Source: Planctomycetota bacterium (GTDB taxonomy: Bacteria > Planctomycetota > SZUA-567 > H5-PLA8). From it: a DNA stretch of 64,000 bases. The position numbers and the translations under genes are program-made. Below, piece by piece: positions 38,152 to 49,090 of this stretch (the first letter of the stretch is position 1; each line of letters starts with the position of its first letter). The stretch is from contig JBBRPR010000008.1 in NCBI GenBank assembly GCA_038227875.1, positions 143,595 to 207,594 of the forward strand, given 5' to 3'. The notes beneath the pieces were generated by a model. That model was given only the letters and a program-made list of their open reading frames with translations. It did not search any database and had not been told where the DNA came from.

Positions 38152-39095
38152 CGAAAATCGCGGCGGTCTTTTTGGCGCTTCTCCTTTGCTGTGGAGTGCG
38201 AGCCGAGCAGTCGGTGGACGCGGCGGTGCGGGATCTGGGCGACGCGGACACACTGAAGCGCCTGGCCGCGACCGATACGATTCTCGCGGCCGGTGATGGC
38301 GCGCGGGCCGCGCTCGAAGCCGCGGCGAAGTCAGGATCCCCTGAAGTTAAAGCGCGTGTCGCGACGCTGCTCAAGGCAATCGAGGTCGAGCCGCAGCTGG
38401 AGAAAGCACTGTCGGGAATCACGACGGCCAAAACGCTGTCGTGTGACTTCGACGTCACGCGGACGAAGGGCGTCTTCAAAGGCCATTTCAGCGGCCACAC
38501 GGATAGCGAGCGCTACCTCAGCGAGGTGAAAATCCCCACGCCGGCCGGCGACATCGACATGCATATCGTCGCCGACGGGACGAACGTCTGGTCCGAATGG
38601 GCGCAGCCGGCGGGCGAGAAGGTGGTGCAGAAGTTTCTAGCGGCGACCATGCTGAAGATGGGCTCGTCGCTCCATCTCAATCCCATCGATTGCCTCCACG
38701 ACGTTCGCGCGCGCTATTGCTTCACCGACGTTCGTGCAGAGAAGGCTGGCGGCGCGGACTTGGTTGTGTTTGAAGGCGTGTTGAAGGACGGCGCACTTGA
38801 CCGTCAGACGAAAGCGATCGAAGCGCTGGGCGGCCCGGCGATGGCGCGGGGCATGCGCGCCGAGCAGGAACTGGCGATCCGTGCGCGCATCACGTTCAAC
38901 AAGGACGCGCTGCAGAAAATCGAATTCATCGGCACGGGCAGCGAAGCGCGCTTCGCGCTGACGCTCAGCAACACGAAGTTGGGCGTGAAGCTCGACGAGA
39001 ATAAATTCAGCTACACGCCGCCGAAGGATCTTGAAATCTACGACATGGAAGAGCAACTCCGCACCACGCGCGAACATGACGGTGCGAAGCCGTAA
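38148..39095 (+). CDS. Secreted HEAT + LolA-like domain protein
   Basis: ATGA overlap; signal MTKIAAVFLALLLCCGVRA; IVADGTNVW; C-terminal FSYTPPKD. Confidence 0.65.
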   Translation: MTKIAAVFLALLLCCGVRAEQSVDAAVRDLGDADTLKRLAATDTILAAGDGARAALEAAAKSGSPEVKARVATLLKAIEVEPQLEKALSGITTAKTLSCDFDVTRTKGVFKGHFSGHTDSERYLSEVKIPTPAGDIDMHIVADGTNVWSEWAQPAGEKVVQKFLAATMLKMGSSLHLNPIDCLHDVRARYCFTDVRAEKAGGADLVVFEGVLKDGALDRQTKAIEALGGPAMARGMRAEQELAIRARITFNKDALQKIEFIGTGSEARFALTLSNTKLGVKLDENKFSYTPPKDLEIYDMEEQLRTTREHDGAKP

Positions 39096-40613
39096 CTACT
39101 TCTTGATCTCCGATGTGAACAGCCGCACCGGATTGTTCTGCTCCATCAACTTCTTAAATGATGCATGTTCGCGGTACGCGTCCATGTCCTGTTCGCGGAC
39201 GAAGTACTGGTACGTGTCGCCGGACGCGTCCATCTTCAGCGCGGCGGTCATGTGCTCCAGCATCTTGTCTTCGTCTTTCACATTGGCGAAATAGAAGGCC
39301 AGGCAGCGGTGCCAGTGGAGCTTATTGTCGCGCGGCTCTTCGAGCTTCGCGAACATCGCCTTGCCCTGTTCCTTCTTCCCCACGCGATCGTAGAGCACGG
39401 CCAGTTCAAGCTGGTTGTAGAAGCTTTCCGGATTCATCTTCAACGCCTGCTCGTACATGCGCACGGCGTCCTCGTTGCGGCGCGCTTCGGAGAACACACT
39501 GCCCAGCGCCGCGAAATTCTTCTCTTCCGGCCGGTTCTGCGCGACAAACACATAGAAGGGAATGGCCTTATCGAAATCGCGCTTGTGTCGATAAAGCAGG
39601 CCGACGAGCTTGGCCATCTGGATCTTCATGCCCTGCGGCGCTTCGTTGAAGTCCTCGCGGAGCAGCTCCAGCGCTTCGTCGATCTGGCCGCGCATCTCCA
39701 GGTAGCCGGCGTAGTAGATCTTCGACGACGCCCGCGCCCACGGTCCCGACGCGTTTTTCGCGATCGTTTCGAAAATGTCCTTCGCCTTTTCGATCTGTCC
39801 TTCGCGCATGCGGTACGAGGCTTCCTGCAAGAGCAGTGTCGGGCACTGTGGATCGGCGGCGCGCGCGGCGTCGAGGAACTTCCAGGCCTCGTCACGGCGG
39901 TCCAGGGAGTAGAGCACCGTCGACCAGAGCGAGCGCATATGCGCGCGGATTTGCGTGGCCGTGAGCGTGATCAGGAAGCGATTGGGCTCCAAGTCTTCCT
40001 CGGCGAGGTCGTAGCGTTCCATCAGCTTGTCGCGGCCGATCTCGATGCCTTTGTTCGTCGTCTCGATGTTGATCACCGTCTTACCGTCGTCCCAGCGCGC
40101 GAAGGCATGTTCAGGGAGGAAGGTCATCACGATCGGCAGCTTCAGTTCCTGGCCGACGAGGTAGTAAAGCAGCGCCGTCGACGCGCAGTTTCCGCGATTC
40201 TTCAGCAGTGCCGACGTAAAGATGCTGTCGCGCCAGTATTTATTCGAGATGTAGGAGACTTCGCGGCCGAGCAGGATTTCCTGGTTGAGCACCGCAACGG
40301 TGGCTTCGGGCGTGAGCTTCTGATCGGGTTCTTTGGCTTTTGCGGCGTCGATTGAGGCGCGGATCTTGGCGGTCAGGTCTTTGAACGCGCGTCGGCAGGC
40401 GTCGGCGTCGGTATCGGGGTCCATTTGCTTGGATACGGCGAGGGCTTCATCGAAGAGCGGTATGTCAGGTCGGATACTTTCAGCGGAATGTGTGGCAAAG
40501 GCGATGAGGAGGAGCGGTGGGAGCCAGAGTCGTTGCGTGCCCCTTAATCGGTGTATTCCGATGGGCACGCGTGGTCTTGGCCGGGGTGGGCTGGGGCAGA
40601 GGCTCTGGCGCAT
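39096..40613 (-). CDS. Transglutaminase-like (SirB1-type) domain + TPR protein
   Basis: RGNCASTALLYYLVGQEL, LPEHAFARW, NIETT; TPRs; start uncertain. Confidence 0.75.
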   Translation of the reverse strand: MRQSLCPSPPRPRPRVPIGIHRLRGTQRLWLPPLLLIAFATHSAESIRPDIPLFDEALAVSKQMDPDTDADACRRAFKDLTAKIRASIDAAKAKEPDQKLTPEATVAVLNQEILLGREVSYISNKYWRDSIFTSALLKNRGNCASTALLYYLVGQELKLPIVMTFLPEHAFARWDDGKTVINIETTNKGIEIGRDKLMERYDLAEEDLEPNRFLITLTATQIRAHMRSLWSTVLYSLDRRDEAWKFLDAARAADPQCPTLLLQEASYRMREGQIEKAKDIFETIAKNASGPWARASSKIYYAGYLEMRGQIDEALELLREDFNEAPQGMKIQMAKLVGLLYRHKRDFDKAIPFYVFVAQNRPEEKNFAALGSVFSEARRNEDAVRMYEQALKMNPESFYNQLELAVLYDRVGKKEQGKAMFAKLEEPRDNKLHWHRCLAFYFANVKDEDKMLEHMTAALKMDASGDTYQYFVREQDMDAYREHASFKKLMEQNNPVRLFTSEIKK

Positions 40614-40869
40614 GGCTCGATCCTCGCTGAAGTTGTGTGCGCGTCAGTTCATAAACTCACACTACATTGGTTTTCGTCTTGAGCTAGAACTATCACGAGT
40701 GCAACCTTCGCAATTGTAAAAATTTTTTTCAGAGTCGGGAGTTTTCCAGACGCCATGCTCATAAAGGGGAATTTATGGCGTTGGCTTGGTCAAAAATAAT
40801 TCTTCCTTCTCTTTGCGATCACGGCGATCTCACTACACTCGGTGGTGTCCCATTGATTCGAGGAATTTA

Positions 40870-41415
40870 ATGGCTTCAGACGCACCTTTTCACGGCACGA
40901 CCATCCTGGGTGTCAAACGCGGCAATACCGTCGCCCTCGGCGGCGATGGCCAGGTCACGCATGGCACGATTGTCCTCAAAGCAACCGCGCAGAAGATCCG
41001 CAAATTGAAGGGCGGTAGCGTCCTGACCGGTTTTGCCGGCTCAACGGCCGACGCCTTCAGCCTGCTCGAACGCTTCGAAGGAAAGCTCGACCATTTCAAA
41101 GGCAACCTGCGCCGCGCGGCGGTGGAGCTGGCCAAGGAATGGCGCACGGACCGGGCCCTGCGGCGTCTCGACGCCATGCTCGTGGCCGCCGACCGTGAGG
41201 CGATCATCCTGCTGACCGGGCAGGGCGATGTCGTGGAGCCCGACGACGGCGTAATCGGGATCGGCTCCGGCGGCGCGTATGCGCTTTCGGCAGCGCGCGC
41301 GCTGATCAAGCATTCCAAACTCTCACCCAAGCAGATCGTCGAGGAGTCGCTGAAAGAGGCGGCGGCGCTCTGCATTTACACCAACAGCAACTTTGTCATC
41401 GAAGAGATCGCGTAA
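40870..41415 (+). CDS. hslV: ATP-dependent protease peptidase subunit HslV
   Basis: [37 protein letters not shown]. Confidence 0.96.
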   Translation: MASDAPFHGTTILGVKRGNTVALGGDGQVTHGTIVLKATAQKIRKLKGGSVLTGFAGSTADAFSLLERFEGKLDHFKGNLRRAAVELAKEWRTDRALRRLDAMLVAADREAIILLTGQGDVVEPDDGVIGIGSGGAYALSAARALIKHSKLSPKQIVEESLKEAAALCIYTNSNFVIEEIA

Positions 41416-41418
41416 CGA

Positions 41419-42858
41419 ATGGTAAAAAGCCAGAGCCCCGAAACCGTCCCAGAATCCGCCGGTGTGATGATCGCCGACGCCTCCAACCTGACGCCGCGGC
41501 AGATTGTCGCGGAGCTCGACCGCTACATCGTCGGTCAGGCCGCCGCCAAGCGCGCAGTCGCCATCGCGCTGCGCAACCGCTGGCGCCGGAAAAAGCTCGA
41601 CCCGGCGATCCAGAACGAAGTTGCGCCCAAGAACATCCTGATGATCGGACCCACCGGCGTCGGCAAGACGGAAATCGCGCGGCGCCTGGCGTCGCTGGCG
41701 GGCGCGCCGTTCGTGAAAGTCGAAGCGACGCGCTACACGGAAGTCGGCTACCACGGCCGCGACGTCGAAAGCATGATCCGCGATCTGGTCAAGCAGGCGA
41801 TCAACATGACGCAGATGAAGGCGCAGGCCGACGTCCGCGTCAAAGCCGTCGACGCCGCGGAAGAACGGCTGCTGGATCTGTTGCTCCCCGCGCCCAGCTC
41901 CTGGTCGGGCGACAAGGACAAAGAAAAGGATAAGGATAAAGAAAAGGACAAGGACAGCGGTAGTGCGGCCGAGCTGCATGAAAAGACGCGCAACAAACTC
42001 CGCAAGAAGCTGCGCGACGGCTCGCTGGACGCGCGCGAAGTTGAACTGGACGTCGCCGCCAGCGGCGATGCCGTCGCCGGAGTTTTCGCGCCCGCGATGG
42101 GTGAAGAGATGGGCGCGGAGTTGCAGGACGCGCTGTCGAAGATGATGCCCAAGCGCACCAAGCGCCGCAAGATTACCGTGGCCGAAGCGCGCCGAATTCT
42201 GGAAGTCGAGGAAGCCGAGCGCCTGATCGACCAGGACGCGGTGACCAAGCAGGCCATTGACGCGGCGGAAAACCTGGGCATCGTTTTCATCGACGAAATC
42301 GACAAGGTCGCCGGCAGCGGCCGTGGAGCCGGGCCGGATGTTTCGCGCGAAGGCGTGCAGCGCGATTTGCTACCGATCGTGGAAGGCGCGTCTGTCAGCA
42401 CGCGCTGGGGGCTGATCAAGACCGATCACATTCTATTCGTGGCCGCGGGCGCGTTTCACATGTCCAAGCCCAGCGATCTGCTGCCGGAATTGCAGGGCCG
42501 CTTTCCCATTCGCGTCGAGCTGCAGGACCTGACGGAAGAAGATTTCCGCCGGATTCTCACCGCGCCGAGAAATGCGCTGACCAAACAGTATGCTGCGCTG
42601 TTGGGTACGGAAGGCATCGAGCTGGTTTTTGCCGACGATGCGGTCTCCGCAATGGCGCGTATCGCCGCGACGGCGAACTCGCGCGGACAGAACATCGGCG
42701 CGCGGCGGCTCCATACGGTGATGGAGAAACTGCTGGAAGACATCAGTTTCGATGCCGCCGGCGGCGAACCGCGCAAGATCGTGGTCGATGCCAAGCTGGT
42801 CGAGGAGCGGCTCAAGCCGATTCTCGAAGACGAGGACCTGGCGAAGTACATTCTGTAA
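41419..42858 (+). CDS. hslU: ATP-dependent protease ATPase subunit HslU
   Basis: GPTGVGKTEIARRLA, FIDEIDK, GVQRDLLP, PELQGRFPIRVEL, IGARRL. Confidence 0.96.
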   Translation: MVKSQSPETVPESAGVMIADASNLTPRQIVAELDRYIVGQAAAKRAVAIALRNRWRRKKLDPAIQNEVAPKNILMIGPTGVGKTEIARRLASLAGAPFVKVEATRYTEVGYHGRDVESMIRDLVKQAINMTQMKAQADVRVKAVDAAEERLLDLLLPAPSSWSGDKDKEKDKDKEKDKDSGSAAELHEKTRNKLRKKLRDGSLDAREVELDVAASGDAVAGVFAPAMGEEMGAELQDALSKMMPKRTKRRKITVAEARRILEVEEAERLIDQDAVTKQAIDAAENLGIVFIDEIDKVAGSGRGAGPDVSREGVQRDLLPIVEGASVSTRWGLIKTDHILFVAAGAFHMSKPSDLLPELQGRFPIRVELQDLTEEDFRRILTAPRNALTKQYAALLGTEGIELVFADDAVSAMARIAATANSRGQNIGARRLHTVMEKLLEDISFDAAGGEPRKIVVDAKLVEERLKPILEDEDLAKYIL

Positions 42859-42894
42859 CCGCGCCGCTGATTGTTCACGCGGCAGGAGCGCAAC

Positions 42895-44919
42895 ATGTCG
42901 CGAACGACCACGATTCTTCCGCAGATGCCCTCGCCGCTCTATCTGCTCGAGCAGATGGTGACGATCCGCATGTTTGAGACGGTGATGGAAGAGGAGTCGA
43001 AGGCCGGCCGGCTGCCGGGCACGTTTCACAGTTCCGCTGGCCAGGAAGCCGTCGCCGTCGGCGCGTGCGCCAGCCTCACGCATGACGATCTGATCATCAG
43101 CAACCACCGCGGCCACGGCCACTTCATCGCCAAGGGCGGCGATCTGGTCAAAATCATGGCTGAACTTTTCGGCCGGGAATACGGCTACAGCGGCGGCAAA
43201 GGCGGCACGCAGCACATGGCCGGCGTCGAAGTCGGCTTCATGGGTTCCAACGGAATCACCGGCGGCGGACTGCCGATCGCGGCGGGGCTTGGCCTGGCGT
43301 TGCTGCGCCGCGAGAAGCCGAACGTGGCCGTCAGTTTCTTTGGCGACGGCGCGGCCAATCAGGGCAGTTTCCACGAAAGCCTGAACATGGCGGCGATCTG
43401 GAAGCTTCCGGTCATCTTTATCTGCGAGAACAACGGCTGGGCGATGTCCACGCCGATGCGCGACGTCACCTCCGGACCCAGCGTCGCCCACCGCGGCGAA
43501 GCGTACGGGATGCTCTACAAGACCATCGACGGCAACGACGTCGAGGCGGTTCTCGACCACATGCGTGGCGCCCTGACCATGGTCATGCACGGCGAAGCGC
43601 CCACGCTGCTGGAATGCCGGACGTGGCGCATGAAAGGCCACAGCCGCAGCGACCAGAATCTCTACCGCGATAAAGAGATCGAAGCCGAATGGCAGAAGCG
43701 CGATCCGATCACGCGCTTCAAGCAGAAGCTCCTCGACAAGAGAAAAGCCACGCCCGCGGACTTCGAACGCCTGGACGCACGCGTAAAGAAGAAGATCGAC
43801 GACGCATTGCAGAAGTGCCGCGAACTTCCGCCCGCGCGCCCCGAGACCGCGTTTGAAAAGGTGTACGTGGATGTGCTGGCGCTGCCGGGCAACTCGACCT
43901 CGCGGCGACTGGCGATCATCCCCGCCGAACCGGAATTCGAAACCAAGGCGTACTGGCAGGCGATCCAGGAAGCGATGTGCGAAGCGATGGACCGCGACAG
44001 CCGCTACTTCGTCTTCGGCGAAGATGTCGCGGAATATGGCGGCTGCTTCAAAGTCACGCGCGGCATGTGGGAGCGCTACGGCAAGGATCGTGTGGTCAAT
44101 ACGCCGATCAGTGAGGAAGCGATCGTCGGCATGTGTATTGGCGCGGCGATGGGCGGACTGCGGCCGATCGGCGAAATCATGTTCATGGATTTCATCCTGC
44201 TGGCCTTGGATCAGCTCGCCAATCACGCCGCCAAGTTTCACTACATCTATAATGGGCAGATCAAAGTCCCGTTCGTCCTGCGCACACCGATGGGCGGCTA
44301 CCGCGGCTACGGCGCGACGCACAGCCAGTGCCTCGACACGCTGCTGATGAAAATCCCTGGCCTGCGCGTGGTCACGCCATGGAGCCCGCGCGACGCCAAG
44401 GGACTTTTGAAAACGTGCCTCGTCGGCGAAGACCCGGTGGTCTTCATCGAACACAAGGCGCTTTATGGCACCACCGGCCCCGTGCCGAAAAACGAGGAAG
44501 CGATTCCGCTGGGCAAAGCCAACATTGTCCGCCCCGGCAAGGACATCACGATCTGCGCCAATTCGTACATGGTCTCGCTCTCGTTACAGGCCGCCGAGCT
44601 GCTTTCGAAGGAAGGCATCGAAGCCGAAGTGATTGACTTGCGCTGCCTCGCGCCGCTGGATCGCGAAACCGTCGCGCAGTCTGCCGCGCGGACGCAGGCA
44701 TTGGTGATCGTGGAAGAAGGCCACCTGACCGGCGGACTCGGTGCGGAAATCGCCGCGAGCATCCAGGAAATGGCGTTCGGCTACCTCGACGCTCCCATTT
44801 TGCGCGTTGCCACGCCCGACGTACCGATCCCCAGTTCCATGGAACTGGAGCGCGCGCTATTGCCGAACGTCGAGAAAATCGTGAACTCCGTCAAGCAGGC
44901 ACTGAAAGCGCGCGGGTAG
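42895..44919 (+). CDS. Fused E1 alpha/beta 2-oxoacid (pyruvate/acetoin-type) dehydrogenase
   Basis: HRGHGH, GDGAANQGSFHESLN, GHSRSD, GEDV, TPISE, ATHSQ. Confidence 0.9.
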   Translation: MSRTTTILPQMPSPLYLLEQMVTIRMFETVMEEESKAGRLPGTFHSSAGQEAVAVGACASLTHDDLIISNHRGHGHFIAKGGDLVKIMAELFGREYGYSGGKGGTQHMAGVEVGFMGSNGITGGGLPIAAGLGLALLRREKPNVAVSFFGDGAANQGSFHESLNMAAIWKLPVIFICENNGWAMSTPMRDVTSGPSVAHRGEAYGMLYKTIDGNDVEAVLDHMRGALTMVMHGEAPTLLECRTWRMKGHSRSDQNLYRDKEIEAEWQKRDPITRFKQKLLDKRKATPADFERLDARVKKKIDDALQKCRELPPARPETAFEKVYVDVLALPGNSTSRRLAIIPAEPEFETKAYWQAIQEAMCEAMDRDSRYFVFGEDVAEYGGCFKVTRGMWERYGKDRVVNTPISEEAIVGMCIGAAMGGLRPIGEIMFMDFILLALDQLANHAAKFHYIYNGQIKVPFVLRTPMGGYRGYGATHSQCLDTLLMKIPGLRVVTPWSPRDAKGLLKTCLVGEDPVVFIEHKALYGTTGPVPKNEEAIPLGKANIVRPGKDITICANSYMVSLSLQAAELLSKEGIEAEVIDLRCLAPLDRETVAQSAARTQALVIVEEGHLTGGLGAEIAASIQEMAFGYLDAPILRVATPDVPIPSSMELERALLPNVEKIVNSVKQALKARG

Positions 44920-44920
44920 T

Positions 44921-44948
44921 TTCCCTCTCCCTCAAGGGGGGAGGGGAA
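44921..44948. repeat. Short REP-like hairpin after E1 gene
   Basis: ttccctctccctcaagggggg aggggaa-type palindrome. Confidence 0.5.
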
Positions 44949-44989
44949 TGCGTTTGAAAACTGTCCGCGCGAAGTATGCTTAAGAGTTC

Positions 44990-45427
44990 ATGGACACCGA
45001 AGGCAACGAGATTCTCTCCGAAGTCCGCTACGGCGAGACCGACCAGATGGGCTATGCGCACCACGCCAACGCGGTGCTCTGGTTCGAAATGGGGCGCGTC
45101 GCCTGGCTGCGTCAGCGCGGACTCTCCTACCGCGAATTGGAATCCAACGGCATCCTGCTGCCGGTTGTCGGCATGAACATGCGCTACCACGCGCCGGGAC
45201 GGTTTGAAGATCCGCTCGCGATCCAGACACGCCTGATCGAACTGGGCAAGACGCGCGTCACCTTCGAAAATCGCGTCCTGCGCGTCGAAGCATCGACGGA
45301 GCGCACCCTGCTGGTGGCCGGCACCGTGGAACTGGCCTGCGTCGACCGCTCGGGCAAGATCCGCCGCGTTCCCGAAGCGTTTCAGCGCATCTGGGAAGAG
45401 ATTCAGAAGCGCGCCACATCCACATGA
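44990..45427 (+). CDS. Acyl-CoA thioesterase (YbgC/4HBT family)
   Basis: VRYGETDQMGYAHHANAVLWFEMGR. Confidence 0.9.
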   Translation: MDTEGNEILSEVRYGETDQMGYAHHANAVLWFEMGRVAWLRQRGLSYRELESNGILLPVVGMNMRYHAPGRFEDPLAIQTRLIELGKTRVTFENRVLRVEASTERTLLVAGTVELACVDRSGKIRRVPEAFQRIWEEIQKRATST

Positions 45428-46455
45428 AGCCCAACGATTCGCCGCTGCCACCGCTGCTGCGCTGGACCGGGCCGGTGCTGGCGGCGGCCTATGGACTGGG
45501 CGTGCGCGTCCATCGCGCCAGCAGTTCGCCGCAGCCTTCACCGCTGGCGACGCTCTGCGTGGGAAATCTCACGGCCGGCGGCACAGGAAAAACGCCGGCG
45601 TCGGCCTATTTCGCGCGAGGACTGGCGCAGCGCGGCCGGCGACCGGCAGTGCTGATGCGCGGCTACAAGGACCAGGGCCGAGACGAGGCAGCGGAGCTGA
45701 ACGCAGCGCTGGCTGATTTGAATCTGCCCAGCGCCGTCATCGTCAATTCCGACCGGCTCAGCGGCGCGCGCGCGGCGCATGAAAAAGGCTGCGACACCGT
45801 GGTCCTCGACGACGGCTTCCAGCACTGGCGGCTGCAGCGCGACCTCGACCTTGTACTGATCGACGCCACCGATCCCTTCAGCGGCAAGCGCCTGCTGCCC
45901 TATGGCAAACTGCGCGAACATCCAGCCGGTCTTTCGCGCGCTGGTGTGATCGTGATCACGCGGTCGGACTGCATCTCTGGACAAGTGTTGCAGAACTTGA
46001 AGCAGGAACTCACCGGCCTCGCGCCCAGCGCGGTCCTGGCCACGGCGTGCCATCGGCCGAGCGGGCTTCGAGCGCTCGGCACGTGTCCGGCTCCGGCGAC
46101 GCTGAGCGGAACGAAAGTCGTCGCGGCCTGCGGCATCGGCAATCCCGAAGCATTCCGGCAGACGCTGATTCAGCAGGGAACGGCGCTGCTCGACTTTGCA
46201 GCCTTCCCCGATCACCACGGCTACTCGCAGGGCGATCTGGATGGCGTCGTGACGACAGCGCGAAGCCTCGGCGCATTGGGCATCGTCGTGACGGAGAAGG
46301 ACGCCGCCAAGATTTCCGCGCTGAAACTGCCTGCGGAACTGCCCGTGCTGGCGCTGGCGGTGAAATTTGAGATGACCGCAGGCGAGGCTGCTGTGTGGAA
46401 GCGTATAGATGAAGCCCTCAACGCTGCCGCTGCCCGACTCCGATTACGGACGTGA
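45424..46455 (+). CDS. lpxK: Tetraacyldisaccharide 4'-kinase
   Basis: VGNLTAGGTGKTP, RGY, LDDGFQH, GIGNP, FPDHH, TEKDA. Confidence 0.93.
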   Translation: MKPNDSPLPPLLRWTGPVLAAAYGLGVRVHRASSSPQPSPLATLCVGNLTAGGTGKTPASAYFARGLAQRGRRPAVLMRGYKDQGRDEAAELNAALADLNLPSAVIVNSDRLSGARAAHEKGCDTVVLDDGFQHWRLQRDLDLVLIDATDPFSGKRLLPYGKLREHPAGLSRAGVIVITRSDCISGQVLQNLKQELTGLAPSAVLATACHRPSGLRALGTCPAPATLSGTKVVAACGIGNPEAFRQTLIQQGTALLDFAAFPDHHGYSQGDLDGVVTTARSLGALGIVVTEKDAAKISALKLPAELPVLALAVKFEMTAGEAAVWKRIDEALNAAAARLRLRT

Positions 46456-46525
46456 CAATCCCTTGTCCGTGCGTCGCACTTCACTTAAGCTGCTGCCGGC
46501 AAACACGAACCACGGAAAGAGGCCG

Positions 46526-49090
46526 ATGGGCAGCCGTCACTCCCAAGCAATCGCAAGCGTCGCACTTCTCACAGTGGCGGTCTATCTTCTTCCCGGCTTT
46601 CCGGCGTTCGCCGCTCAGCCCGATGCACCCACGCAGCCTAAAGCTCTTCAGGAATGGAGCGACCCGGCGTATTCCGAGCGCTACTACCTGAAAGTCGAAC
46701 CGCCGGGCGAAGCGGGCAACGTCAACATCCATCGCGACGCCTTCACGGCGGTAATTGTGCTTCCGCTGAGTTCCTCCAAAGGCCCCGACGGCACCTCTGT
46801 TCCCGACCACATACTATTAATGGGTGAGGACGGGCATCCGCAGTCGGTGCTGGTCCGACCGGCGGCGTCCGGACTGGGCATGGAAGTGCTCTTTCGATCG
46901 CAGCCGGGCTTGCGCCGCTTCTGTCTCTACGCGGGCGATTCCGGAAAAGCGCAGCGCAGCAGCCCGACGGATTTCTGGCCGACGGAAACCAGCGTCGAAC
47001 TGCAGGCGCGCACGGCCCCCGCGGATTTCATCGCCACGCCCAACAATCCCCTGACGCTCACTCGCTTTCTCAAGATGGAAGAGACGGTCGGCGACCTGCT
47101 CGGCGGCAAGCAGGTGGTGACGATCAATCAGCGCGAAAATCCATTCATCGAAGTCTACGTCGATGCTCTGGGCCATGTTCAGCGCGTCCAGAATCCGCCG
47201 CGCTACGCGGCGCTCTACGAAGCATTTCTGCGCGCGCCGGTCGCCGGAAAGTACGTTTTTTCGGTCGATACGCCCGGCGCGGCGCAGTTGCAGATCGACG
47301 GACTTTCTGTGCTCTCGCTCGACGCGCCAGACGCGGCGCGCGTTCCGTTCGCTGAAAAGAAATCCGTCGACCTCACTGCCGGTCTGCATCGCGTCGTGCT
47401 CCATTATGCGGAAGCGAACGCGAACGGCCGGACCAACGCGGAGCAGGCGACGTTCGGCGTGAGACTGCACTGGCAGCCGCCGTGGGCCAAGTCGCTGATG
47501 TGCATCCCGCCGCAGGCATTTCCGAAAGCGATGCCGGCGGTGGTCACGCGCCACGAGATTTCCGGCGGCAATGCCGCGCCGTACCTCCATCTGGAATTGC
47601 TCGGTCAGGTGCGCTGTGCCTCGCATCTCGGGCCGCGCGGCGTACAGGACCGCGCGCTGCTCTGCGCGCGCATGATCGATGGCGACGGTGCGTTCGCGAT
47701 CCAGGCGGCGAATGCCGAGATCGCGTCGGAAACGATCAGCAACGTCGCATTCGCGTGGGTGCCGGTCGGAGCGGACGTGACCGTCGGCGGGAAGTCGGCC
47801 GGCCAGCAGCCCGCGCCTTGGACGCGGACTCTAAAGTTCGCGCCGCCGGAGGCTGCCGACGTTCTGGATGTGCAGGGCGAGATCGAAATCAAATCCGCTC
47901 CGGATTTTCTTTACGTCGACGATGTCAATCACGACCGCGATGAGACGGCGCATTTCCATATTCAATCCGCGCTGAGCCCTCCGCCGGAAATTGTGCCGAA
48001 GGAGCGCATCGAATCGAAGTTGCTCCCGCCGGCGGCGCGGCCGATGGGTGAATTTTCACTGCGCTGGCAGTTTGCATGTGACGGCGATGCCGCTGCGCTC
48101 AAGCATCCGGCCGACGATGTCGTCGAAGCGACGCCGTTCGAGAACGGGCGGCGCCGCCAGCGCGCGTCGTTCAAGGCGGCGGCGCTGGAAGAGCTGGCGA
48201 AGAGCGGCCAGTGGAAGCTGGTCTTCACACTCTCGATCGGCGGTGTGGATTGTGAATCGATTGTCGTGCGTCTGCTCCACGCGGAAAAGCCGTGGCCGGG
48301 GAAAGTCATTGCCGGGCCGGGAGAGCTGTTCTTCGAGTCTGCCAAACCCGCGCCAGCACTGCAGACGGTGTTCCCGCCAGAGGCCGATGGCAGCGCGTCG
48401 TTCTGGAAATTCGAACACGTCTTGATGCTCGTGCGGCGCCAGAGCGAAGCCGAGCATCGCAATTTCGCGCCGCTGAAAGCATTCACCAAGCTGGTGCGCA
48501 GCGCGGACGGCGTTTTTCTCGGCGACCCGCTGGTGGAAGGATTCACGGGCGGAATTTCCAAAGAGCCAATCGGCGTGGCCGCAACGCTCGCGAAAAATGC
48601 GCCGGGCTTTGTCTGGAAATACGATTACGTGCCCGGCCCGCACCGCTACCTGCCGATCTTTAAAATGCTCAGCGAACTCGAATCGATTCAGCAGTCCCAA
48701 AATGGAGCGCCGTTTCCCGGAGTTGTCGTGATCTGTCTGGGCAGCGGCGACGTCGCGCGCCAGACGCCCATCTATACGTTCGACCGTGCGCTCGATGCGC
48801 TCCTGGCTCGGTTGAAATCGTTCGGCGCCAGGAAAATCGTGATCGCCGGCGTGGTGCCCGAAGCCGGCCGCGACGCCAACGCGGAACCGTACCAGCAGCG
48901 CGTGCTGGATTTGCAGCGCCAGCATCACGTCGAATCCGTCGATATACTTCACGCGTGGACGGCCGAAGCCAACTGGGTGCGCCGTTACGCGCTGGACGGA
49001 GGCGCGGCGGACGCCTCTTCCTATGGACCGCTGCCCAACGGCGAGGCGCTCGTTGAAATCGCTAAAATGATAGAAGAGAGACTTCACTAG
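46526..49090 (+). CDS. Large secreted protein with PA14-like and C-terminal SGNH-like domains
   Basis: Signal peptide; GKYVFSVD...LQIDG...GLHRVVLHY; FLGDPL, VVICLGSGD, PLPN. Confidence 0.6.
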   Translation: MGSRHSQAIASVALLTVAVYLLPGFPAFAAQPDAPTQPKALQEWSDPAYSERYYLKVEPPGEAGNVNIHRDAFTAVIVLPLSSSKGPDGTSVPDHILLMGEDGHPQSVLVRPAASGLGMEVLFRSQPGLRRFCLYAGDSGKAQRSSPTDFWPTETSVELQARTAPADFIATPNNPLTLTRFLKMEETVGDLLGGKQVVTINQRENPFIEVYVDALGHVQRVQNPPRYAALYEAFLRAPVAGKYVFSVDTPGAAQLQIDGLSVLSLDAPDAARVPFAEKKSVDLTAGLHRVVLHYAEANANGRTNAEQATFGVRLHWQPPWAKSLMCIPPQAFPKAMPAVVTRHEISGGNAAPYLHLELLGQVRCASHLGPRGVQDRALLCARMIDGDGAFAIQAANAEIASETISNVAFAWVPVGADVTVGGKSAGQQPAPWTRTLKFAPPEAADVLDVQGEIEIKSAPDFLYVDDVNHDRDETAHFHIQSALSPPPEIVPKERIESKLLPPAARPMGEFSLRWQFACDGDAAALKHPADDVVEATPFENGRRRQRASFKAAALEELAKSGQWKLVFTLSIGGVDCESIVVRLLHAEKPWPGKVIAGPGELFFESAKPAPALQTVFPPEADGSASFWKFEHVLMLVRRQSEAEHRNFAPLKAFTKLVRSADGVFLGDPLVEGFTGGISKEPIGVAATLAKNAPGFVWKYDYVPGPHRYLPIFKMLSELESIQQSQNGAPFPGVVVICLGSGDVARQTPIYTFDRALDALLARLKSFGARKIVIAGVVPEAGRDANAEPYQQRVLDLQRQHHVESVDILHAWTAEANWVRRYALDGGAADASSYGPLPNGEALVEIAKMIEERLH

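Noticed and set aside
41911..41955. DKDKEK repeat in HslU as a contingency locus
   Set aside because: In-frame, synonymous-variable, within the variable I-domain linker
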